A DNA stretch of 64,000 nt from Candidatus Bathyarchaeia archaeon (GTDB lineage: Archaea; Thermoproteota; Bathyarchaeia; Bathyarchaeales; Bathycorpusculaceae), in the NCBI GenBank assembly GCA_049515895.1, contig JBEKTQ010000016.1, positions 32,734 through 96,733 on the forward strand, given 5' to 3'. Positions 10,917 through 21,175 of this stretch are shown piece by piece (the stretch's first letter is position 1; each line of letters starts with the position of its first letter). The notes under the pieces are model-generated. The model did no database searches, was not told the origin of the DNA, and was given only the letters and a program-made list of their open reading frames with translations. The position numbers were made by a program, and so were the translations under genes.

Positions 10917-12173
10917 TTAGGGGGTAAACCTATACGGATTTAAAGCATTATTGTCTGTCTTAGACAACACCTTTCGTGAAGACCTGGCACACATCAGAAA
11001 GAACGGAGAAAGGTCATCCCACGCAAACCAAGCACTTTCCTCAACACCGCGAAATGACCCGAGCCATTGCTTAAATGCTAGGCTTTTTTCGTAACGATAC
11101 CGAATACTTGAAATAAGATCTCTATCTTCAACAAACCATTTTCTACCCTCAACAACCTCACTTGAGGGAACCGTCTGACCGGTAAGATCCAAATATTCAG
11201 CGCGAGCGACATCCAACCCGTTATCTCCTACAAAAAGCCGAAAGGTCGATCCTATTCGAGGATTAATATCAAGCACCTTATACTTTCCATCTCGCGCGTC
11301 GTATCTGTAACCGATGTCAAGTATTCCTTTGTAACCGATGCTCTTCATAAAATCTCTCGTTAATTCATCAACTGCTGGATTCCTCGAGCAAACACCCAGG
11401 GAAGTTACCCCCGTATGAATTGGAGACTGACGAATTTTCTTGCCGGTCACTCCAAAGAGACAAGCCGATTTCTCGTCAAAATAGCCATTAAACATCCAAA
11501 TCGAATCGTCACCCCCCGGAATATACTCTTGAAGCATAAAATTCGGGTTGAGGGGATCCTCACATTGACCATACAATCTTAGAAGTTCTTTTTTCGTTCT
11601 CGCTATAAACATTCTTTTTCCAGTCCGAGGTGACCCCCCGCGAAAAATCTCCTTCAAAACCACTGGGAATACTGCATCCTTTACATATTCTTCAACATCA
11701 CCCATCGAACACGGAAAACATGCCTCCGGAGTTGGAACACCACACTTTTTGGCCAAGAAATACATCTTTTCCTTACTTGCAAGCGCTAAAACAAGCTCCC
11801 TGGAAAGGTTTGGAAAAATAAACCCTTCACTCAACGCGTCCGCGTTATCTGCGAGCCAACCAGCACCACTATCGGTCGTGTGAATTAGAAGCGAACGCCT
11901 CCCAATTTTCTTGGCAACGTCCAATAAGTATTGAACAGAAGTCTGAGGTGACGCAGCGTCTACATCAAATAAAAATTTCTTCTGACAATATCGGGAGAAT
12001 AGCCCCGGAGACCACGGATTAGGATCGACACCATGGGCGGCAATGCCAAGTCTTCCAAAGCTACGCAAAACTCCCAGTTGACCATAATGGTAAGTATATA
12101 GAACCACAACGGGAACTGATGTATCTCTCACAGAAACCTGTTGAACCGTCATCTTATCACATTTAACCGTCAC
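10917..12173 (-). CDS. ATP-grasp carboxylate-amine ligase (D-aspartate ligase-like)
   Basis: LGVLRSFGRLG, FPVVLK, LQEYIPGGD, RYDARDGKYKVLDINPR motifs; overlaps the comB stop. Confidence 0.85.
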   Translation of the reverse strand: MTVKCDKMTVQQVSVRDTSVPVVVLYTYHYGQLGVLRSFGRLGIAAHGVDPNPWSPGLFSRYCQKKFLFDVDAASPQTSVQYLLDVAKKIGRRSLLIHTTDSGAGWLADNADALSEGFIFPNLSRELVLALASKEKMYFLAKKCGVPTPEACFPCSMGDVEEYVKDAVFPVVLKEIFRGGSPRTGKRMFIARTKKELLRLYGQCEDPLNPNFMLQEYIPGGDDSIWMFNGYFDEKSACLFGVTGKKIRQSPIHTGVTSLGVCSRNPAVDELTRDFMKSIGYKGILDIGYRYDARDGKYKVLDINPRIGSTFRLFVGDNGLDVARAEYLDLTGQTVPSSEVVEGRKWFVEDRDLISSIRYRYEKSLAFKQWLGSFRGVEESAWFAWDDLSPFFLMCARSSRKVLSKTDNNALNPYRFTP

Positions 12174-12871
12174 TTTCTCTTCATAACTAAATCTGGTATC
12201 TTAACAATCTCATCGTTCTCAACAGTGAGAGGTGAGTAAAAGTCATTTACGTGTTTGATAATATAATCAAGATCTCTTGTTTGACCAGTTTTTCGTAGAT
12301 ATTCCGCACTTTTCCCTTCGGCGCAAACAGTTACCGGTTTATCCTTCCAGCGGTTTACAATTTCAGCGGTTTTCTTATTTTTCGGGGTGTATCCAGCTTT
12401 CATAAAGCCAGCTGCAATCCAAGCACAACATAGCTGATCCTCCTCACGGAACTCCCCACGTGTGGGTGCACCGAGAACTTCCACCCGACTATAAAGCCCA
12501 ACTAGATGATTGACAGTGGCACCATAATTCCGAATACACGCCACGTAGACCGAATTGCAATTCCTCAACGAGTAAAGGAGCGGTATCCCCGATGAAGATA
12601 CCAGAATTGCAGGCCGCGAAACATCCCTAATGCTTTCAATCTCTACCGGACTATTATTAATATCGAACCCATAAGGCATGCTGCCTCCCATCTCACCAAC
12701 CAGCAACGGACAACCAAGCCGTTTTGCCAGAAGAAGAGCCGCTTCAACCGACGGAGCAAAAAAACATCTTCTTCCAGATTCAACAGCAGCAGCTGCCACT
12801 GTTATCGAACGAATCACATCGACAACAACAACCGCGCATCTTTCACCATAATGATGAGAACTCTCGGCCAA
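12170..12871 (-). CDS. comB: 2-phosphosulfolactate phosphatase
   Basis: VVVVDVIRSIT, LVGEMGG, GFDINNSP, SSSG, EDQLCCA match ComB motifs; the reading frame stays open to 12901. Confidence 0.85.
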   Translation of the reverse strand: MAESSHHYGERCAVVVVDVIRSITVAAAAVESGRRCFFAPSVEAALLLAKRLGCPLLVGEMGGSMPYGFDINNSPVEIESIRDVSRPAILVSSSGIPLLYSLRNCNSVYVACIRNYGATVNHLVGLYSRVEVLGAPTRGEFREEDQLCCAWIAAGFMKAGYTPKNKKTAEIVNRWKDKPVTVCAEGKSAEYLRKTGQTRDLDYIIKHVNDFYSPLTVENDEIVKIPDLVMKRK

Positions 12872-12897
12872 ACAATCAATAGAAACTGTTTTTCTGC

Positions 12898-13758
12898 TTA
12901 CAATCCCGCCCTCCTACTTACATTTGACTCAACGGGTAGATGCGGACGAAGATTCTCTTTGCTGAAAGCATCTGAATGCAACCCTCGACGATAAATTTCC
13001 ACCCGCAACAACTCTTCAAGCCGCACGTTGCAAAGATGAACTTCACGCCCGAAGTGATCCAACAAAGCGAACTGACTTGGCTTGTTAGGCGCTTCAAACG
13101 TAACAAAACCGTGTCCAAACGCGTTCGCAAAACGATCAGCAAACCCCACGTTAAGATCACCCGCATCATTAAATAATCCGACACCCTTCGCGCTCTCCCT
13201 TGCCTCCACAACCAACTGAACAGCGCCAGCCTGAAGCCACCTTTTTCCTTGGTTAATCAATGATTCAACCACGTCTTGCGTAAAAGCCCCCTCGTGTTTC
13301 TTACCGAGCTCAAACTGCACTTCCAAACCACGGTCGTTTGCCATCTTCACAATATCTTGCGCATCTAACGAAATATCTGTAAACCCTTCCGCGCATTCAA
13401 TCCGCGTGAACCCAAAATCAGCCACAAGATCCAGGTACTGCGATAGTTTTCCCTGAACATAGGCAACTTCAAAAGGACCTCCTCCCGTAGTCGTCGGCAC
13501 CTGGTACTTCTTTGCTAATTCGATCTTCTGACGGGTAACGTTCTCATTGGCAATCATCCAGCAAGCCATCGAAACCTTAAGAATCGACATAAGATGGTGA
13601 CTTTGCTCAAGGTGGCCCGCCAGCGTTAAGGCATCGTAACCTGGATCAAACGGGCTTGTCGCTGGACGGATTTCAGGCACACCAATAGACTTCAAATAGT
13701 CGTCAGTATGGAGTCGACCCGCTCGAGAAAATTTCATAGATGGAACAGAATCAACCAA
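12898..13758 (-). CDS. comA: Phosphosulfolactate synthase
   Basis: GGGPFEVA, IECAEGF, FELGKK, VVEARESAKG, FEAPNK, NV...VEIYRRGLHSD match ComA motifs. Confidence 0.9.
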   Translation of the reverse strand: MVDSVPSMKFSRAGRLHTDDYLKSIGVPEIRPATSPFDPGYDALTLAGHLEQSHHLMSILKVSMACWMIANENVTRQKIELAKKYQVPTTTGGGPFEVAYVQGKLSQYLDLVADFGFTRIECAEGFTDISLDAQDIVKMANDRGLEVQFELGKKHEGAFTQDVVESLINQGKRWLQAGAVQLVVEARESAKGVGLFNDAGDLNVGFADRFANAFGHGFVTFEAPNKPSQFALLDHFGREVHLCNVRLEELLRVEIYRRGLHSDAFSKENLRPHLPVESNVSRRAGL

Positions 13759-13927
13759 TTTTTTTCACGACTTAATGGTAATAGATTTGAAATTTTGTTA
13801 GTCACTTGTTTCCTTCAAGTCTTATCGATTACGATGTTATCCACCCTTAAATCAGTACAAAGAATATTTTAAAGCCAAGATTGTTATCGATAATCTGAAC
13901 CAACAGATAGATCAGGATGCTTGTTAG

Positions 13928-14800
13928 TTGACTCCACCTAAGACCAAAAACAATCGCAAACAGAAGCTAGTCGACGAACTCTTCGGCAACCAAGCAACAT
14001 ATTGGAGAGACACTTACAAAGCTAAAGACATCCAAGCGATCATCTATCAACGGCGACAAGCTGTTGCGCTGAGCTATATCGATGGATTATCGTTGGCAAA
14101 AACCGCCCATGTTCTTGAAATCGGTTGCGGAGCAGGATTCATGACGACAGCTCTCGCAAAACGAGGATTTGACGTGGAAGCCATTGACCGTACTCAAGCA
14201 ATGATCGATCTGACACTGGAAAACGCGAGACAAGCAGGGGTCGAGAATAGGGTAAATGTATGCACTGGAGACATCCACGAGCTATTTTACGAAGATGAAT
14301 TCTTCGACTTGATTGTTGCTTTGGGGGTATTCCCTTGGCTTCATGATTCTCAAAAGGCGTTGACTGAAGTCTCGAGGACTTTAGCAACTAGCGGATATAT
14401 TGTCCTAAGTGTTGACAATGCGTTTCGAGTGACAACAATAGTAGATCCCTTGACCTTCCCGCCATTTGCACGCATCCGAATTCAAGTAAAGCGTAAGCTT
14501 GAGAGAATAGGTTTACTTAGTTCATCGAATCCGGGGACCAACGCCACACCTTATAGACAACACTCGATAAGGGAATTCAACAAAAGTCTCTACGAGGCAG
14601 GTCTAACGGTAATTAAGAGCACAAGTGTAGGATTCGGACCATTCACTTTTTTCGGTCATAAATTGTTCTCTGATGAAGTTGGAATCAAGATTCACCAAAA
14701 GCTACAAGAGTACGCTGACAAAGGATACCCAATCTTGCGCTCAACCGGATCACAATACATCGTCATAGCAACCAAGAAGCCGCCGAAACCAATTCCCTAA
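13928..14800 (+). CDS. Class I SAM-dependent methyltransferase
   Basis: VLEIGCGAG, AIDRT, GDIHEL, FDLIVALGV motifs. Confidence 0.88.
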   Translation: MTPPKTKNNRKQKLVDELFGNQATYWRDTYKAKDIQAIIYQRRQAVALSYIDGLSLAKTAHVLEIGCGAGFMTTALAKRGFDVEAIDRTQAMIDLTLENARQAGVENRVNVCTGDIHELFYEDEFFDLIVALGVFPWLHDSQKALTEVSRTLATSGYIVLSVDNAFRVTTIVDPLTFPPFARIRIQVKRKLERIGLLSSSNPGTNATPYRQHSIREFNKSLYEAGLTVIKSTSVGFGPFTFFGHKLFSDEVGIKIHQKLQEYADKGYPILRSTGSQYIVIATKKPPKPIP

Positions 14801-14845
14801 GTGAAAGCAGGGAAGATAAAAGTTTTCATTTTAGAAGGATAAATG

Positions 14846-15445
14846 TTATTGTGTCATGTTCAAGAATAAACTAACATATCTGTTATCATACTGCGGAATA
14901 TCTAATTCAGAATTGAATAACCAAAGCTCGACCAAAAGATAATAATAGTATCCAGAGTTCTTCGAATCCCACGCAGAAGTTAGATTAACAGGAAATTCTA
15001 ATCCATTAATAGTTACTCCAGCGATCGAAGATATTCCACCAGAAAAACTTAGTCCGTTAACTTCAAATGTTAAAGGCGTCTCCCACGTTTCCCCGTCAAC
15101 AAGAAGGGAGTTATATTCATAAAGAGCAGGTAATGAGCTTGGTGTTCCAAGCGTTGCATTAGGCAGAGATCCAGTTTCATTCCCGATTTTTACATAGCTC
15201 CTGTAGTAACAAGAGGATCCCATTTGATTGACCACACCCAAATAAACTGAATAATTCACATCAGCTACAATGTTAAAAGGAAGGTTACCAAAAGTGTGAT
15301 TTGGACCGAGGACGTAAAGCTCAGAGAATTTTAGACCTGAGGGCGTTTTTACCAAAAGACTTATGGTTGGCGAGGCAAACAGCAAAACTCCAATTAAGCC
15401 GATCGTGACAAGGACAGTTCGAACGTTTTTAAGCCTTATTTTCAT
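14846..15445 (-). CDS. DUF1616-like membrane-anchored protein
   Basis: N-terminal TM; FSELYVLGP, VYLGVVNQMG and LLVELW motifs. Confidence 0.65.
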   Translation of the reverse strand: MKIRLKNVRTVLVTIGLIGVLLFASPTISLLVKTPSGLKFSELYVLGPNHTFGNLPFNIVADVNYSVYLGVVNQMGSSCYYRSYVKIGNETGSLPNATLGTPSSLPALYEYNSLLVDGETWETPLTFEVNGLSFSGGISSIAGVTINGLEFPVNLTSAWDSKNSGYYYYLLVELWLFNSELDIPQYDNRYVSLFLNMTQ

Positions 15446-15896
15446 CCACCTCAGGCTTCAAACCAGGGATTTTCTCCATGTACCGACGTTGAAAGCGGCG
15501 CCAAACCAGAAACAAAGCAAAAACCAATTCGGAAGCACCAATTAAACTAAATGCAATCGTCAACCAGACGGTACGTTGACCAGAAACTAAAGCATCTTGC
15601 TGGGCACCTTGAGCGGAATTCGTCACGGATTGCGCAATTGGGAGTACGCTGTCTGCTTGGACCACGGCTGTATTGGAATCGCCAGCTTGATAAGAGTTTT
15701 CAGCTTGCGCCAAATCACCTGCAGCAACATTTAACTGAACCAGTAAACTAGTAACATTTGCGCCAGCTTTTTCGGCTTCCAAAACCGCTTTGAAAGCTTG
15801 CTCGACAGCGCTGTTGGCAGCTTGCAGTTTCGACCCCGTTTGGTCAGTTTGAGCAAAAGCAAAGTGCCCGCCATAAAGGTAAGAGCTAAACGCCAA
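15429..15896 (-). CDS. Exported helical protein with C-terminal membrane anchor
   Basis: AFKAVLEAEKAGANVTSLL helical bundle and C-terminal TM; start may lie slightly upstream. Confidence 0.65.
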   Translation of the reverse strand: MAFSSYLYGGHFAFAQTDQTGSKLQAANSAVEQAFKAVLEAEKAGANVTSLLVQLNVAAGDLAQAENSYQAGDSNTAVVQADSVLPIAQSVTNSAQGAQQDALVSGQRTVWLTIAFSLIGASELVFALFLVWRRFQRRYMEKIPGLKPEVDENKA

Positions 15897-16277
15897 AAAG
15901 ACGAAAGTTGTGACAACGAGAAGTTTGCGGCAGTTGCTTATTTGTTGTGGCCTCCAAGATGATGTTGCTTTATGTAACGGTTAGTTTTGGTTCAAGTTTT
16001 AGGAAGAGATGGTCATGGGGGATCAAAATTCCATAGTAAACCCTATCAAATCCCTCTCTGAAGAGAGCAGACAAGTAACAGAAGCGCCTAATCAAACCAG
16101 TTTACTCTTGCTCATCCCACGTCAAATAAATTCTCAAAATTCCTTAATAAACGCATATGGAAGAAAGTCTAGAAGGACAAACTGTTCTAACTATATGCAA
16201 ATATATGCAAATCCGTTAAAGTCTTGCATGTGAGATTAGGCTCTAATTATCGCTTTATTTACTGTAAGAATACGTGC

Positions 16278-16979
16278 TCAATAAATTGTTTCTAACATTA
16301 TGCGCTTCAAAATTTCGGCGCCATTCTTGACTCCCAGTTTTTTCTGGCCAAGCCTTTCTCGATATTGAATGGGAATCTCCACAATGCCAAAACCTTCCCG
16401 CTCCACCTGATGGTTTAGTTCCACTTCGACATCAAAGCCTTTGGATTTCACAGCCCAGTTTCTAAGAATTCCCGCACGCACAACACGCAACCCCGTCAAC
16501 GGATCAACCAATTGGACTCCATTTAGTAAGTTATGAGTAAAAGCAATTATGCGATTTCCAAAGTAAAGTATATTATGCTTTTCACCGAGGTTAAGAGTAT
16601 CATTAAACCTGTTTCCGCAAACCATGCCCACACGTAGGTTCTTCTCTAAAATCCGAATCATCAAAGGAACGTGTTCAGCAGGATATGTGTAATCTGCATC
16701 TGTGAGAACAACGTAATCAACGGATGAATCCAAGAGCTTTATCGCCTTCGCTAACGCATTACCCTTTCCGAATCCATCTTGAAAAACAACGTCAGCACCC
16801 AAATTCTTGGCCACCTCGACAGTTCGATCGGTACTTCGGCCGTCAACTACCAAAACATGTGGGCATCCAAGATTATCCATAAGCTCAGCTATTGTGAGCC
16901 CTATGCCTTCTTCCTCGTTCAACGCAGCTATTACAACTTGTGTCGAGGATATAGCTTGGATATCTCCTTTCGCCAACAA
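16278..16979 (-). CDS. GT2 glycosyltransferase, dolichol-phosphate mannosyltransferase-like
   Basis: VIAALNEE, VDGRSTDRT, GKGNAL, TDADYTYP, DPLTGLR, GFDVEVE, YRERLG motifs. Confidence 0.9.
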   Translation of the reverse strand: MLAKGDIQAISSTQVVIAALNEEEGIGLTIAELMDNLGCPHVLVVDGRSTDRTVEVAKNLGADVVFQDGFGKGNALAKAIKLLDSSVDYVVLTDADYTYPAEHVPLMIRILEKNLRVGMVCGNRFNDTLNLGEKHNILYFGNRIIAFTHNLLNGVQLVDPLTGLRVVRAGILRNWAVKSKGFDVEVELNHQVEREGFGIVEIPIQYRERLGQKKLGVKNGAEILKRIMLETIY

Positions 16980-17179
16980 GAATCAGCTCTCTTCATCAGC
17001 CATGTCTATTCATGATTTATTAATAGACTCTTATTTAAGAGGATATTAAAAACATGGTAACATGTCAAACACGCTTAATCACAGCCTTTTACTCGCTATA
17101 ACTTCAAAAGATAACTAAGTAAGCGGCTAAAATGATCACGAATGTCTTTTTGCTTGTTTAAGCCTACAATGGACCCCTC

Positions 17180-17521
17180 GGACGAAAACGTTCGGGTTGC
17201 GCTCAAAGAAGGGCAAGCTCATAGCCTCACACATCAAATCCAGCGTCTTCCGTGCAAACCCAAGCCCCAATTTGCTCCTGAACCTTGGAACAACGCTTAT
17301 GAAAATCGGAATATTGCCCAAGAAAGTCGCGACCAGTTTCAGTCACCAGAAAAAAGAATCGTCCACCAGAACAAAACCAGCGCTCACAAAAAGATCCAAA
17401 TACTTTTCTAAAAGCTTGAAACTCAAATTCGCTCCAAACATAACCCGAGTCTTATTTAACCGGAATTTGTAGCCTCTAAAATTGCCGCAACAATGCATAG
17501 CCGATCACGATTCTTACCCAA
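17180..17521 (-). pseudogene. Frameshifted winged-helix transcription regulator (HTH_45/DUF2495-like)
   Basis: Pieces in different frames: MGKNRDRLCIVAAILEATNSG / LNKTRVMFGANLSFKLLEKYLDLFVSAGFV / LVTETGRDFLGQYSDF; 3' boundary approximate. Confidence 0.7.
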
Positions 17522-18135
17522 CAAAAAATCCCATAAAAAAAGCAAGCTAAAGCGCTTTCAACCCAAAGACAAAATTTGGGGTCAACACTATCAAATCCCC
17601 TTCTGACAAAGGCGGATACGAAGCGGAGGCTACACTAATTGGACTTTATTTTGCTTTTTCTCTTCCCCTCAAGCTGGTAAACCCACTCTTTAATGCTAGA
17701 CCCTTAAAAGACTTCTCATCAGATAGACAAGGGACTATGGTCAGAACTGAATCTAGAAGCCCTATACTGCTTGAAAACGTGGTCCAAGACATCCCTTCTT
17801 CCCACCGTTTTTTACATAAACAAACAAGCCATCACAAAAAAACATATAAACGATATTTCAAAAAACGCAATATTTCTAGAAAAACTCAACGAACTTTCTA
17901 GAGTTTTTGAACAATAGCCTTCGATAACAAAAATCTCTTAGCCGTTTCTGAAATTCTAGTGACCATCCGCAAAACCTACGGCATAAGCTTTGGGGTAGCA
18001 CAAAAAGTTTAGGCTCTAACTGTTGATGGAAAACACTTGCTAGATTACACAGCCAGTTCGTTTAGGCAATTTGCAGAACCATAGACACAGAAGACTTACA
18101 GGCACGTCACACAAAAAAAGAGTGAGAATTTGTGT

Positions 18136-18699
18136 TTACGTTACTTTGACTTTTCGTTTTTGTTTTGGGGTTTTTTTAGGGATTAAAACTTCTAAAACAC
18201 CCTCTTTGAGGTCTGCGGTAACTTCATCTGCTTTTATTTCTTCGGGCAAATCCACTATCCTGTAGAATGTTTTGCATGCGCGTTCTTTGCATAAATATTC
18301 ATGTTCTTTCTTGTCGTATTTCCATCCCACCGCACCTGTTATCACAACGGAGTTGCCGTCCAAGTCGATTTCGATATCCTCCTTCTTAAAACCAGGCATT
18401 TCTGCTTTCAGTCTGTAATCTTTTTCGTTATCCTCCACATCAACAACAGGAACCCGTGTTTCGGGCAAAATCGACATTGCCTTATCCCAATATGATGGAA
18501 AAATGACGTCTTCAAAATCCCTTCTGAACCGCTCGAAAGTGTCGTCAAAGGCTTGATAAAGATCTGAAGGATCAATTGGAGCTAAAGCTCTTGGTATCTT
18601 TTGCGCTTTGCTTATGGAGGATGGCTTTTTCTTTGCGATTGTTATTTCGGTTTTTTTAGAAGCCTCTTCTTTTTCGACTGTTTTTTTCTTTTCAGTCAC
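18136..18699 (-). CDS. Small heat shock protein (Hsp20/alpha-crystallin)
   Basis: PVVDVEDNEKDYRLKAEMPGFKKEDIEI, FYRIVDLPEEI, ADLKEGVLEVLIPK. Confidence 0.95.
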   Translation of the reverse strand: MTEKKKTVEKEEASKKTEITIAKKKPSSISKAQKIPRALAPIDPSDLYQAFDDTFERFRRDFEDVIFPSYWDKAMSILPETRVPVVDVEDNEKDYRLKAEMPGFKKEDIEIDLDGNSVVITGAVGWKYDKKEHEYLCKERACKTFYRIVDLPEEIKADEVTADLKEGVLEVLIPKKTPKQKRKVKVT

Positions 18700-19068
18700 A
18701 AAATTCGCCTACTGATAGAAATGTGATTTCGAAGATTTATTTTTTGCTTTTCGGGGTTCTATTGACTTTCAGAAGCGGCTGCTCAGCTTCAGATTTGCTT
18801 CCGTTTTCTTCAAGCCAGTCTGTCAACCCAAAAGGTGAAAGAATCATTTTTACAAAGTTTTATATGATGCATTTCTGCCCTTGCTTGTTCCTAAATCATA
18901 ATGCATATAGTATGTTTTCTGACTCCAAAGGCGCGCTGCTAGCTGCTTCGACGTTGACTTTGACTTAATGAGAATTTCAGCAACCCCTCAAAGTGGTTTA
19001 GTAGGTGGCAGCCCAGTGTCGACAGATTCCGAAAATGGTTGGGGAAGCGGCGTTTAATTATTCTCCAG

Positions 19069-19186
19069 GTTGACTTTTTCAGAGAATTCGGGAGAAAAAG
19101 GGAGATTTTAGGAGATTTCTATAGATTAAGATGTAACCTGCATGCGATCCAAGCTCGAAACACAAAAAGCAACTGAAAGAGCAGAG
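19069..19186 (+). repeat. Dispersed intergenic repeat copy A (five 10-bp-phased GAGA-type units, then GATGTAACCTGCA)
   Basis: Aligns by eye with the reverse complement of 54505-54630. Confidence 0.7.
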
Positions 19187-19290
19187 TTTCTGGGTCAAAA
19201 AACATCAGCTAACGCTTCTGGAGGCTTCTTGCGTTTGCGCTCTTTCCTGATTTTTTTTGAGTCAGCCTATTTTGACGGTGGTGGCCGCCT

Positions 19291-19410
19291 GTTGACGTTA
19301 GTTGACTTTTGTTGACGTTAGTTGACTTTTGTTGACGTTAGTTGACTTTTGTTGACGTTAGTTGACTTTTGTTGACGTTAGTTGACTTTTGTTGACGTTA
19401 GTTGACGCAA
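19291..19410 (+). repeat. Tandem array: 12 GTTGAC cores at exact 10-bp spacing (20-bp unit GTTGACGTTAGTTGACTTTT); head of dispersed repeat copy B
   Basis: Read directly; followed by GACGCAACCTGCA at 19404-19416. Confidence 0.95.
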
Positions 19411-19618
19411 CCTGCAGATAATTTAAGCTTTTCCACAAAAAAGCAACCCAAAAACACAAAGAAAAAAATTCCAGAAGTTTACACCACGCCAAAACAAGTC
19501 ACTCGCAGGCCTAAATTTTGGAGGCTTCAGTGACTGTTCATTTACCACAATATAAATAAAGGCGCCAAAGATAATTGAGAATTTGAATGTCTTTTTGAAG
19601 AGTTTTTAAGGGTAAATC

Positions 19619-20782
19619 ATGAACCGAAAGGCGCTTGCCAACTTATTTCGAACCTCATTCAAGGATTGGTTAGAGGACAACGCACCGATACGGGCAGCTG
19701 CATTAACCTTCTTCATTATTTTGCCATTACCATCTCTCTTGGTGATTGTGGCAACTTTTTTTGCGCAGTTTTATGGTCAAACCCAAGCAAACCAATTATT
19801 GATTCAGCAGATAAGCTCGCTTACAGGTCCCGTAGTTGCTGAATTATTTAAGCAACTGCTGGCAAGCGCAACGTCACCTTTCACCTCTCTTTGGGCGGCG
19901 ATAACAGTTATAGGATTCTCTTTAGCGGGAGCAATTGGCGCTTTTGCAATTTTGAGGGACACAATGAATGTTGTATGGGAAGTTAAACTGCCCAAAACAA
20001 AAAAACTTGGGGCTAGAGTAAGGGAAACAATCGGACCATTTTTACTGGTTTCTTCGCTCGGGCTAATTGTTATTGCGGCGACGGTAACCTCAGCGGTTCT
20101 GTTTAGCGCAATAAAGATCTATTCTATAAACGAAACCCTGACCCTGATTTCTCTCACTGCGGTCCAAATCTTGTTGTCGTTCAGCTTATCAACATTGCTT
20201 TTTGCTATTATTTACAAAGTTCTTCCAGACAGAAAAGTGCACTCAATAGACGTGGCGTTTCCCGCGATAATAGCTGGAGTTGCATTCACGGTAGTCAATT
20301 ACGTTCTCGGTTTCTACGTTCAAACTTTCAAGGTTTCAACGATTGCAGGCGCTGCTGGGTCACTCTTGATTATTCTTCTTTGGATTTACATACTTAACCT
20401 GATTGTACTTTTTGGCGGTGAAATTTCCAAGGTTTACGCCACAACTGTTGGACCCCACCCATATCTCCATGTGATCCCGGGGGAGGAGAAAATCATCCAG
20501 CCTTTGGACAGAGTTGGCGGGAAAATAAAGGAAGCAACAAAGGAGCAGATTAAAGAAGCCACAGAAGAAAAAGCGGAAACTGTCACGTCGATTGAGACGC
20601 AAAAGAAACCTGAAACAACAGCGTCTGAAAAAATAGAACAAAGCGCCAATAAACAGCATTTGTCCTCAAATGCCAAGGAGGAGGCGCCATTATTAGATGA
20701 AGAGTCTGAAGATGGCAGCGTTGAAGTAAACGTTGTTATTAAGACGGGTCGCAAAAAAAGAAAAAGCGAGGAGCCAAAGTAA
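19619..20782 (+). CDS. YihY/virulence factor BrkB family membrane protein
   Basis: DNAPIRAAALTFF, MNVVWEV, IYKVLPD, GAAGSLLIILLWIY...FGGEI motifs. Confidence 0.9.
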   Translation: MNRKALANLFRTSFKDWLEDNAPIRAAALTFFIILPLPSLLVIVATFFAQFYGQTQANQLLIQQISSLTGPVVAELFKQLLASATSPFTSLWAAITVIGFSLAGAIGAFAILRDTMNVVWEVKLPKTKKLGARVRETIGPFLLVSSLGLIVIAATVTSAVLFSAIKIYSINETLTLISLTAVQILLSFSLSTLLFAIIYKVLPDRKVHSIDVAFPAIIAGVAFTVVNYVLGFYVQTFKVSTIAGAAGSLLIILLWIYILNLIVLFGGEISKVYATTVGPHPYLHVIPGEEKIIQPLDRVGGKIKEATKEQIKEATEEKAETVTSIETQKKPETTASEKIEQSANKQHLSSNAKEEAPLLDEESEDGSVEVNVVIKTGRKKRKSEEPK

Positions 20783-20983
20783 CTACTAAATATGGCGGTC
20801 AATTAACCGAAGAAACTGCTTTTTGGAGTTTCATCTTGGACCAGATTGGATTGTTTGGCCCGAAGGTTTAACAGTTTACGCTGCAACTCTTGGGACTCAC
20901 TCAAGAAAACAAACCATCCAACCAATATCGCCAGATAAACTGTGAAAAACAAGATTGAAAACAAGAAGCAAAGGATAAACAAG

Positions 20984-21058
20984 TGGGCCGAGCCGGATTT
21001 GAACCGGCGACCTTTCGATTATCAGTCGAACGCTCCAGCCGTGCTGAGCTACCGGCCC
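20984..21058 (-). tRNA. tRNA-Ile(GAT)
   Basis: Reverse complement GGGCCGGTAGCTCAGCACGGCTGGAGCGTTCGACTGATAATCGAAAGGTCGCCGGTTCAAATCCGGCTCGGCCCA folds as a cloverleaf; no encoded CCA. Confidence 0.95.
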
Positions 21059-21087
21059 GCGCTTTTGGTAAAACAAGTTTAATATTA

Positions 21088-21128
21088 TGTTGCTTTATAA
21101 GAATTGCCGTAAATACTTTAAAGCAACA
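21088..21128. promoter_or_regulatory. Back-to-back TATA-type promoters of the divergent tRNA-Ile / tRNA-Arg pair
   Basis: CTTATAAAGCAACA on the minus strand and CTTTAAAGCAACA on the plus strand, each about 35-40 bp from a tRNA 5' end. Confidence 0.6.
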
Positions 21129-21155
21129 CCATCTTTGTGTTGTCGGGTTAGGATT

Positions 21156-21175
21156 GGGCTCGTAGCCTAGCACGG
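21156..21175 (+). repeat. attL, a copy of the first 20 nt of tRNA-Arg
   Basis: GGGCTCGTAGCCTAGCACGG, identical to 37234-37253. Confidence 0.92.

Noticed and set aside
12170-13758. Coenzyme M biosynthesis or methanogenesis marker
   Set aside because: comC/comDE are absent from the window and the context is glycan synthesis; comAB alone only yields sulfolactate.
19291-19410. CRISPR array
   Set aside because: Contiguous tandem repeats with no unique spacers, and no cas genes in the window.
20901-21173. ORFs overlapping tRNA-Ile, and similar ORFs over tRNA-Arg at 37170-37402
   Set aside because: Shadow translations of tRNA genes.
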